Positions 1 through 11,300 of a DNA stretch of 64,000 nt are shown in pieces; within the stretch, counting starts at the first letter, position 1, and each line of letters starts with the position of its first letter. Source of the DNA: Macrostomum lignano (taxonomy: Eukaryota). The notes below the pieces were generated by a model, which was not told the DNA's origin, searched no databases, and was given only the letters and a program-made list of their open reading frames with translations. The stretch is taken from contig NIVC01001533.1 in NCBI GenBank assembly GCA_002269645.1, forward strand, positions 1 through 64,000, given 5' to 3'. The position numbers were made by a program, and so were the translations under genes.

Positions 1-1879
1 ATCAGCGCCTCGTCGCTTCAGCGCATCGCCGTTTCACCGTCTGCCTGACTGCAGCCTACAGCCGCCCTCGGTCACTCCGCCTCTCTCTCTCTCTGTGCAG
101 CTGCCGGTAAGTTCCTATTACTGATTTGTGCCCTAATTGCCTTTGCTTAGCCGGAGTTTGCCTATTTTTCCATTCTCTGATTAGAGAGCTGAGCCAGTTG
201 TGATACCGTACCTTTTGCTGTATTTTTACTTAATAGTGAAGCCGCCTAATTGCCTGATTATTTGCCTAAGGGCCTAATTATTAACTATTAACTAACCTCA
301 TCATTATTCACTCTTTCACCATCATTTCACTCATGGCTTGCTAAGCCTTTCTCCCGGGGTATCAAAGCATAAGGAAGTTGGGTAAGCTAATGGCCTCTCC
401 CCGTGCAAAGCTCGCCTGTGAGTGCGTGCTGCGGGGCCGCGTGTGCGTGCAGTAGAGGGATTAGCGAGTCTTGGCACAGAATGGCAGTAGGAAGGTTGCA
501 ACCCCATGCTGACGCGTCCCTTCGCCCTGAGCAATCTAAACTATAGACAGTACATGTTCGCCTCATACTACTCTTAGTAATCAAAGTCGCAAGTCAGCCT
601 CGCTCACAGCCACAAAGGATCCCCTGCTGAGAAATCCTCCAGATTGAGCCCAGAGTTCCCGATCATGCCCCAAGCAGAGTCCCTGTACTCGCTGCATGTG
701 TCTCCCCTGTTAGCCTAAATCTCCTGGTAACCATCCCAGGCGGGCTCTAGCCTCGAGAGGTCTGGTAGAAAGATCCAGGTGCGCCAGGTCACATAGAGTG
801 GTGGCAGCCACTCGGTCATACTATGACCGAGTGACCAACTATTGCACCTTGGCTACAGGTGGGGTCCATGTGGGTCCTTGGCCCTCTGGTCACAAAGCGC
901 TACCAAAGCTATCAATCATGTGGGCGGGACAGTCTGGTGCTGGAGGTCCGTCAGGTCATTGCCCGGTCATAGGCAGCCTACGGTCATTACCCCCTCTAGT
1001 CATGCGTTCGTCTCTCTACGGAGCGGACAGGCGACAAGGGCGGTTACATCAAATATATAATTTATATTTATTATACAAATACGCGCAAAGCAGCACAAAA
1101 TCTTCGCTGCCATTCCATCTATTAAAATTAAAGCTCTTCCGCCTCACATTTATGCATAAATGCAGCAAAATTTTATTGCCAATTTTAAACATTTACGTCG
1201 TACGCACATATAGTGTGCTGCAATCCCAGACAGTATGCATCATAGTTTATCGGCAGCTTTTAGCTCGCATGCAATAAAAGTTTGGTATTCAACAAATTGG
1301 TGCAGTATACATGTAGACGCCACGCACTTAGCTACTTTCCCATTGCTTCGATCGTGCCTGCACAAAAAGGTCGCAGTTGCTGTGTGCGACAGAGTGCTTG
1401 CAAAAAAAGCAAGGATGAAGGCTACATGTATATTTCCTGTAATGCTGATGTTTCCTTTCTGTCTTTCTCCGGAAAATTTGCCGCATTGCTGCGTAGAAAG
1501 CACTCTTCCAGCCTGCATCAGCACTTGCGAACAGGAACTAGAATTTTTGTTTTTTGGCTGTATATGAGTGGCAGCTGACTTGCCTTAGCTGCGGTATGGA
1601 GACCTGAACTAGAGGAAAAAACATACGATTGTAAGGCTGCAACCTTCCCGGCGTTTAGTAGTAGCAAAACAAAAACTAAAGCTGTAACAATGGTCTACGT
1701 TCTATAGCTCTAGCTTGCGGAGTCCATCAATTTCGGTTAGCCTGATGCGAGTGAATGCTAGTGAGGAATTGGAATTCACTGGACAGTTTCAGCTGTTCCA
1801 AAACGAGCAGCGCCCCAATTGCTATTACACCCAATGTACGAGTATAATATCATGATTATTATCCAATATCAAAAATGGT

Positions 1880-2400
1880 CAGACTACAGAGTTGAGCAGG
1901 CATGGCACCATAGGAACGGAAACCTTTTTAGGGTACTCCAGACTTGGCTTTATTAGAGGAATGGAAGCTGGGGCGTGGGGACAGAAGAGGCAGCTTGACA
2001 CCATACCTGCTCCTCTTAGTCGGATGTACTGCTTGAACAGCAAGAGCCTCTTGTACAAGACCAGCGTTTCGTGGACGGAACATGCTGGCGCGACATGTAG
2101 TTGCTGCAGCTGATGCAGACACGGCTGGATTTTGGGCAAGGGCCAAAATTATCAGTCAAAATATCTTCATATATTCGTTCTCAGATTCCATGGCAAAAAG
2201 GAGTAAGAAAAGGCAGCAGGCAGTGAAACAGTAAACACAAATTTAGAGTGAGAGCAGCCGGCAAAGGAAAGGGGTGCTGCGAAAAGCAACTGTAAATCAG
2301 TATACGTCCAGAATTCGGGACAGCCGTCGGCAACAAGGGTGATGCCAAGCAAATACCAGTAGTTTTAATTAAGCGCCTTGACATATTTTAGCTTGTTACA
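1880..2400 (-). pseudogene. Degraded piggyBac-like transposase fragment
   Basis: Two overlapping minus-strand frames read SVHETLVLYKRLLLFKQYI and HPTKRSRYGVKLPLL. Joined by a frameshift, they match the piggyBac core motif S(V/I)DESxxxFKGRxxxKQYIPxKxxRYG(I/V)K. Stops and frameshifts are present; ends not defined. Confidence 0.6.
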
Positions 2401-3475
2401 GCCCCCGTAGCCTATTTTAATAAGGTGGCTCATTATTGTGTTAATTAGAGTCATAGTAATTTTCTTGAGTTGCATTATATTACACTAAGTAACTATTTTT
2501 CTTAACTAAAATCTGGTTTTGTCAAAGTAAAATTTCAGCAGCTTTAAAAAACTCGCCGTTGGTCCTTATATTCCTCAATCATATTGAAGTGCAGAATTTG
2601 CATACAAATAACATTTACAGCTGCAAATTCTGCGCCGAGAAAAAGTGCAAACAATTGATCCAAATCAAACCATTTTGTGACGTGAAAATCTAAAGAACAA
2701 TCTTTAGTACATGTCGTTCCTTTCAACGTCCTAAAATGAAAAAAATGTAAATGATGGAACCAGCGCTTCGTTCCTAATCGAGGTTTGCATATATCGTTAG
2801 CGAAGACTAACATGTACGAAGCAAAGCACTTGGTGAACTCCAGCCGGCGGAAGCAGCTGTTTGAGAGAGAGCTCAGACAGACTTTATTGATACTCGGCAG
2901 TGTACAGCCATGTTTTTAGTACAACCAGTTGGCAGGCGGTAATCCCTGTGTCAGCGCAAACGTCATCAATTTTGGCTTTAGAAATAATTATTAGGAACGC
3001 AAATTCATAGTCATTTGCGATGCTGAGAATTTGCGCGACTTTTAGCACTTTAGAGAAGTGCGGCCAGCTCTGTACTTTTTTATATGCACGAGCAGCAGGT
3101 GGTAGATCGATTTCTGAATATTCTCTTTTATGTCTGCCTCGGCAAGGACCAATCTAATCACAGGTCTCTGAATAATTTAGACCGCTGCTACACCCTACAG
3201 ATGTATTGAGTCATCGGATTAAGGGAAAAGATGAAAATCTTTATATGCGAGAGCATAGCGCATTCAATATTCATAATTTATAGATCTGTAGATCTGTAAT
3301 AGATCTGTTTCACAACAGCACAATATTGATGATTTTAAGAGTGTACGCTCTAAAAACTGAATAAGAAATGCAAACATCATGCTCATCGCCTATCACCAAC
3401 TTTGAGTGGTCGCAAAGGAAATTGCTTCAATAATCAGTTAATTAGTGAGATAGTGCGCGCTACAAGGCTGTTCCG

Positions 3476-6087
3476 TCAGATCATTCCCGTCTGTTGCTGC
3501 AGTTGCTGTGGCACCAGCGAATTGTCAGCCACTTCAGCGCAGCCTTCCGATGCTTTGCTCACCTTTTTCCTGTGCCGCTTCAGCAAGCAAAGTTCCAGTA
3601 GTTCAACGGCAAAGGCGCAGGTCAGACCCAGAGTGAGACTGCTCAGGCCGCCAACTTGACTCATCAGCGCGCTGAAGCTCAGCGACAGCGTCTCCGTTTT
3701 CTGGATGGTGTTCCGTGTCTGCCTCCGCACGGTGATGTATGCGAAGTCGCGACCGCTTGGCTCCAGCACTTGCGGTCCAGATATCGCCGTGAGATTTTTC
3801 GCCGTTAGGAAGTCGCGCAGCGAGTTCTTCGCCGACTGGATTGAAGCCTCAGCTTGGCGACGCTGCTCCGACGATGCGGTCAAGTCGGCCAGTCGTTCGG
3901 AGGCCTCAGCCAAATCGCGGAAACTTTTAGCCTGAAGGGCCAACCAGTGCAGTTGCCAGTCTGCCGCACGCCAGATTGTCTTGGAGGAGACCATCTCAAA
4001 GTCGTGATAGTGGCAGGGCTTAAGGCAGTGCGTGTCGCCCAGGTTTGCTCGCAAACTCGGCAGGTTGAGTGACTGCAGACAGGCCCGACTGCGCAGCACT
4101 GGCTCCACGCCACGGCGATAGTCGCCACAATACGGATGCGTTGCATTTGGTGGAGTCTCGCGCAGAAGGTCGGCAAAGTGGCAGCCGCAGGCTTTCAGCA
4201 CTATCCTGCCGAGCTCCTGGCGCAAGCAGCCCTCCTGCGAGTAGGCAAAGTCACGTCCGAGGTCCAACACGCGACGCGATAAGGCGATGGTTTCAGGCAG
4301 GCAAGCATCAGTCGGACTGCCAACCTCGATCAGGCGCACAGGTTGGTAAGCCATCTCGACCATCTTGCCCGGCGCCACGTGAATGCCTCGGTCGGTTGGT
4401 TCGGGGAAGCGATCGTGCTCCTGCAGCTGCACACGGAAGCCGCTAGCCTGCTGGAAGGCGTCCTGCACGAAGGCCTGCTCGTGTGGATCGGCTCCGTGTT
4501 GGTGGTGGCTGTCAGTGACTCTCAGCACTACCGTAAGCGAGTCGATAGTAGGAGTGGCCTGCGATGGTTTGAGTTTCAAGCGGGAATCTAGTTGCTATGG
4601 CACAAATACCCTGACTGTGCCTGCAATAAACCGTGAACAGTGGAGCTTGAGCAATCATGGCAGTTTTTTAGGTTAAATATTTTTGTTTTCAAGTTGATAA
4701 ATGGGAAAAATGACCGCCCACAATACAATCACTGTCACTCTCACCAAGCTCTTCAGCGATTAAAATTGAAGGTTCCCTAAAAATTTGGACGCGTCAGAAT
4801 TTAAATCGAACACTTCCGGTCCCGCGTCACAGCAGTCAGCTGTTGCTACATCTGGGCAGCGCTAACACAGCTCTCAGCTTTGGAATAACTATGTGCTAAA
4901 TACTAAAAAATTCTTAAAATACAAAATTTTCTCTTCAAACAGGTTAACAGTGTGATTACAGGACATTTTTTTTGCTTTCAATTCAAATTGAAAGTTCAAA
5001 CCTGTTCGTTACGAGGGTATCTTTGGTCAGAATAATAGGTCGTCTTTCTTCCCAATTTTGTTCGTACTAGTAATGATAATAATAATTGATTTTTTTCTGC
5101 CCTACGAAGGTAGGGCAGGGCCCCTGCCCTAATGTCCAGATGTGCAACCGACAGCTCAGCCGCAGCTATTTGCGCGGCGCATCTAAAGGCTGCGTACGGC
5201 TGTTCAGTCCAAGGACTGGGGGGTCGCCACACACCCTCAATTACCCCAGCTAATGCTGGCACCCATTTTACAGCAGGGTAAAATTGTTTAAAGTGTCTTG
5301 CTCAAGGACACAATTTTTTCGAGTGGGGTCAAGAATCGAAACCCCGACCTTTCAATCGTGAGTCCGACGCTCTAACCACTAGGCTACAACCCGCCTAAGT
5401 CTTCCCAACTCTATTTTGTACTATAGTTAAATCAATAGTTGATTCGCACACATGCAGCACGCAGCCCTGAGTCTAAGAACAGGTCGCACCTGCACTCACC
5501 TGAACCTGGAAGCAGTTGAAGTAGTCCGGCAGGCTGATCAACTTTAGCTGCATAGCGCAGCCGTCTCCGCTGCTCATCTCCATGAACGAGCCCGTGGCAT
5601 TGATGCAGAATATAAATAGCTGCTGGGCTGTGTGGCTCAGCTTCTCTGCGTCATCCGGCTCCAGGTTCTGATAATAGACCCGCTTGGAGTCGCTGGCCAG
5701 GATCTCTTCGGCGCCAATGTGATTCCCGGCGTCGAACATCTTCAGCGCGTGGGCGCGCAGCATTCTAGAAAAATTGGTCGGCGACAGGATCTGGCCGCTC
5801 TGCCAGAGCTGGCGCCCGCTCTCGGTGAACGGATAGTGACCGCACACGGTCACCGCAGGCCAGCTCAGCCCCGGGTCGTTCAGCACAACCGTAGTCTGGA
5901 TGACCGTCCTGTAGCTCAGGTAGTCGGTAACGATAAAGCAGACGCAGGTGACTAAGAAGGCGGCCATTGCGGCCACGTAGGCGGTCCAAATGCAGCGCAA
6001 CGGACGCGTCGGCGCTTTCACAGTTTTGGCAACCCCGCGAAGCGAAGTGGCCGTGCAGAACAGCTCGAAGTCCTGGCGCAGACCCAT
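3476..6087 (-). CDS. DEG/ENaC (ASIC/FaNaC-like) sodium channel subunit, 2-exon model
   Basis: Exon 1 6087-5500 (FCTATSLRG, TM1, WPAVTVC, FNCFQVQ|GTGAGT, phase 0). Exon 2 4558-3476 (acceptor TCGCAG|GCC, Cys-rich YSQEGC..ACGC, CLKPC, TM2 SQVGGLSSLTLGLT). A small intervening exon cannot be excluded. Confidence 0.88.
5121..5394 (-). mobile_element. tRNA-derived SINE with CORE-like central domain (copy 1)
   Basis: Reverse complement has an A/B-box tRNA head (GTAGCCTAGTGGTTAGAGCG...GGTTTCGATTC), GTGTCCTTGAGCAAGACAC and a 3' part shared with the other copies. Confidence 0.85.
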
Positions 6088-6841
6088 AGTGGGTCAAAGT
6101 TTTCCTGTCTTCACCCCGCCGGGACTTTGAAGTGTGATTCAGCAAAAAGATTGTAACAGAGCTGAAATATAAGCGAAGAGAGATTCTTCACACGAGGGTC
6201 ACGGTGGGGCGGTCGCTCTGCTGTAGGACCAATGGCGGCTCCCTTGCGTAAAAATATCGATATAGAGGAGCATTAGCATTGGTCAGAGGAAGTGAAGGAT
6301 CATCTGCTTTTTTATATACTTTAGACTTGGGCAGCGCAGCTGAGGGCAGAGGTTGATGGCAGCAATTAATTAAAGCCCAGAACCACGCTGCCACAATGTC
6401 AGTCGTGTTAGGGACCGCAAGCGTCAGCTCCCAAATAATTTATTTTAGCACTGACAAGACAGATTGCGTGCTTGAACCGCGACAACGGGGGCTGGAAGGG
6501 AGCAGAAAGTCCCAACTCTCAAACCAGCTGACCGCTTAGTCAGCCAACTACTGCAGTTGTCAGCACTAGATTGCTGGGGTAGTCGGGCTGGATAGAACTC
6601 GCAACGAATTCTGCGAGTCTTACTCAAAAAAAGCTTCTATGTTGGCCTTAAACTTTTCTAAGATTGTTCTCGTCTCACTACTATTCGATCGCGAAGTAGC
6701 GAACCGAGTTTCAAAATGCTCAAAACGGTAACGTTTGTTTGCCTGAGGTATTCCAAAATGTACAACTTATTTTAACAAACTGTAGTGTTACTTTACGTAT
6801 TTTAAATAAGTGAAATCTTTATTTTCACCTATGTAAGTTAA

Positions 6842-7410
<569 letters not shown>

Positions 7411-8351
7411 TTTGTGAGGTAGTGTGTACTTTTAATCCATTCTTCAAAACATTTGTTTAAACAGTATTTTCGAAAATTCAGGCATAAAAAACTAGAAATA
7501 AACATTTATGCTTGCATGTTGCTACTACTTCACCGAAAAGAGTAGCGAGATAAAGATTTTGAAATAGAAACCTGAGGAAATCTATTTTTATGAACTTACT
7601 TTCACCTTTTGTTTTTGGAAGAACTCAGTAAAACTATGACGCGATTGAGTTGAAATGACCAGCTGCAGAATTTCATGGAAACACAATCTGCTTAAAGCCC
7701 TAGTTATTCAAAACACTTTGCCTATCATACCGGCTTTCTGCAGTATCAGAGAAAATCCTTGCGTGTCAAGACCAGACAGAAAACTATAAATGTTTTTCTC
7801 ATAAAAAATCGAAGCTATAAGGCAGGTGCAACTGTTTGTATGGAGCAGCCCGAAATACGACAGACTGAGATGAAGGGTGTTTGCCTAATTTTTTCTGTCA
7901 GTCAAAGACACGCAAGATTTTCTCAAGCGGAAATGTTGAGTGTCTTCAGAAGAGATTCTCCAGTGGAACAGGGGGCCGGGCATCGAGAGGGGAGAACGGA
8001 GCATACGCTTGGCTCAGTGCCAAAAACCTCATGGCACATCGCCTTCCCTGAGGCGCTCCAATCATTTTAGACCCCGCCGTTCTCACTGCAGGAAAGTCTT
8101 CAGTGAAAAAATGCATTCCATAAGCCTGTTCCTGAGCATCTTTGCAACAACTGATGTTTCTTTAATCTGATCTGCTTCATTTTTCTCCCTCGAATTTAGC
8201 CCGTATCCCGCCTTCTTATCCCCTCACCTCTAATCTGATTGGTTGAGCAATGAGTGCTTCTGTGAGGTAGATATTAACAAGCTGTTGTAAGCAAATTCCA
8301 AACATAAAATACTACAGCTTCCTTGCTAGCTGTCAGGGTTCTGTCAGTCAG

Positions 8352-11300
8352 ATGCAGCAAGAAATGATTCCTAGAAGTCCCAAATTCGCGTTGAAGGTAA
8401 GTTGACCATTTGATTACCTGTAAACTGTATTTTGTTGCAGTTGACCCTATAGAAAATATTGAAGATAACGACTTATAGAAGCTTCTACATGCCTATAAAG
8501 GCTGTTAAAGACTGGTTACAGTCTGATAGAGGCTAGTAGAGACTGATACAGGCTTATACACGCTGATACAGGCTTACACAGATGGATACAGGCTTATACA
8601 GACTGGTAGAAGCTTATACAAACTTATACAGGCTTATAAAGATGATACAGGCTTAGATAAATAGATCCAGAATTATTCAGACTATTGAGATAGATCTCAT
8701 TGGCAAAGAACTGTATACAATTATTTTATTGTATACAAATTCTGACGGGGTTGTAGCCCAGTGGTTAGAGCGTCAGACTCACGACTTAAACGTCGGGGGT
8801 TCGATTCCCAATCTCACTCGGAACAATTTGTGTCCTAAGCAAGACACTTAACTCTGCATTGCTTCAGTTCACCCAGCTGTAAAATGGGTGCCAGCATTAG
8901 CTGGGATAATTGAGAGTGCGTGGCGACCCCCCAGTCCTTGGACTGAACAGCCGTACGCAGCCCACAGACCAAGAAATATAACCAAGAGTTATATTTCTTG
9001 GTCTGTGACGCAGCCTTCAGATGCACCGCGCAATAGCTGCGGCTGAGCTGTCGGTTGCACATCTGGCTGCCCAATTGGGGCAGGTGTAACCAATTAAAAT
9101 AATCCATTGTGTATGAAACTGCATATTCGCATTTTTACCAAAATCTGCTACTGATACAGACCAGTAGTATAGAGCAGCTTACAGCACAAGCAGTCAGTAC
9201 TGAATCCCTATAACTGAACTCTGGGTAAGCAAGTGATCAGAATCCCGAGGCCGATGCACCGATCTCAGCAGTTCAACATGATGAGGAAGGAAATTTGATC
9301 CGCAGAAATTCGATTACTTTACCCTGGCGAAAGACCGGGTGAGTGCTGAGGGGGGGGGGGCAGCTCCCATCATCGAACCAGATGCTGGCCAATCGAATGC
9401 TTCTAGTAGAGATGCTTTAATACTCGGATTTGCTGCTTCTGCTGTTGATCCTGCTTTCTGTGAGCAAAGGAGACAGGCGGGCTGCGACAGGCTGGGAGAT
9501 GGCAACCAGTGCTTTGAGATCGGGGCTGCAGGTAAGGCAATGAAACCAGAGTTTTGGCAGTTGAAGCCAAAAACCAACTACATGTATGTAGTTGGATGGG
9601 AATTTCATTTTTTACTTTTATTGGAAACAGATCTAAAGTTAATGCTTTTAACATGACTTTCATATCTTATGGGGGGTGGTAGCCTCGTGGTTAGAGCGTC
9701 GGACTTACGACTGAAAGGTCGGGGGTTCGATTCTCGACCCCACTAGAAAAATTTGTGTCCTTGAGCAAGACACTTTACCCTCTCTGCATTGCTTCAGTTC
9801 ACCCAGCTGTAAAATGGGTGCCAGCTTTAGCTGGAGTAATTGAGGGTGTGTGGCGACCCCCAGTCCTTGGACTGAACAGCCGTACGCAGCCTTCAAATGC
9901 GCCGCGCAATAGCTGCGGCTGAGCTGTCGGTTGCATATCTGGCCCAACTGTGGCAGGTGTAATCAGATATTATTGTTATTGTTATTATTAGTATTATTAA
10001 TGGCTACTTCAGTGGTTCATTGATTGTTTGTAAACCTTTCTTTGTACTCGTAATAAATAAGGGGATTTATATGTTTAGATTTTGGAATTTATATGCATCA
10101 TTGCAAAACAGCAATACTTTAACTTTAGGCCATTAAGTTACACTGTAAAACTAAGTAGTTCTTGGTTAAAATTATGTTAGTTAGACAGTTAAAACTCTAA
10201 ATCTGTGAAATTTAAACGTAAATTTACGTTTAAAAAAATTAAACGTAAAAGTTCACAATTCGTAAGCAGGGTCGCAAACAGCCGCCCACAGCAGCCAGAG
10301 ATGAGCCTCAGAGTTCGCCCCAGCGTCAAGTGAAGAAACAGGCGACGAAATCCGTCTTACAAGATTCTCCATCTAAGTTGCGGCGAGGGCAAAGCTCCAG
10401 GTAAGTCTGTGGGTGACACAGGCTGGGGGAGACACAGGCTGGGGGTGACACAGGCTGGGGGTGACAGAGGCTGGGGGTGACACAGGCTGGGGGAGACACA
10501 GGCTGGGGGTGACACAGGCTGGGGGAGACACAGGCTGGGGGTGACACAGGCTGGGGGTGACAGAGGCTGGGGGTGACACAGGCTGGGGGAGACACAGGCT
10601 GGGGGTGACACAGGCTGGGGGTGACAGAGGCTGGGGTGACACAGGCTGTGGGTGACACTGGCTGGGGGCGAAACAGGCTGGGGGTGACACAGGCTGGGGG
10701 TGACACAGGTTGGGAGTGACACAGGCTGTGGGTGACACAGGCTGGGGGTGACACAGGCTGGGGTGACACAGGCTGGGGGAGACACAGGATGGGGCTGACA
10801 CAGGCTGGGGGTGACACAGCCTCTTACACGCAATTTCACTAGCCGTCGCAAGAAACTAGAGTTGAGCAGGCTGTACTTTAAGTGTACTTCTCACACCCCA
10901 CGCTGCAGGACGGAAGTCGTGCTAGACCAGGCTGTGTGCAGAATCGAAGTCCTGGAGAGAGACGCTGACAGCATCAGATCAACTCTGACCGTAAGCCGGG
11001 AGCAAGACGCAGATAGTTTTTCTTGAGAGCCCATTAGCTTGAGGCGCTGGGGCCAGGAGGACAGCAAGATGCGATAGTGGCAGCGGCTGGGGCTGCCGAC
11101 GCCCGTGATTAATTGCTCGAATCTGGCGCGATACTTTTTTACTCCCCCCTCCGCCCTGGTCACTTCGCCATCAATGCTGGGCTTTGATCTTCGCCGCCGA
11201 CTAGACAACGGTTGACAACGGGGAAGTCGAGGGCAGACTGGCTTGTATTTTTCTGCTTTTATTGGAGCCGACAAAGTGAAAGTGCTTGTGCTACAGATAA

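Noticed and set aside
1-1048. Possible LTR or retroelement end (terminates ..GGCGGTTACA before an AT-rich shift)
   Set aside because: No second LTR, PBS, TSD or gag/pol motif is visible in the window; it cannot be supported.
1282-1578. Cys-rich plus-strand ORF resembling a piggyBac C-terminal domain
   Set aside because: It is on the opposite strand to the piggyBac core remnant and the Cys spacing is imperfect; may be chance.
9671-9745. tRNA genes at the SINE heads (also 5330-5394, 8746-8820, 29562-29635, 18438-18510)
   Set aside because: A/B boxes are present, but there is no clean acceptor stem or terminator, and each (except 18438, which has a different non-tRNA body) is fused to the same SINE body.
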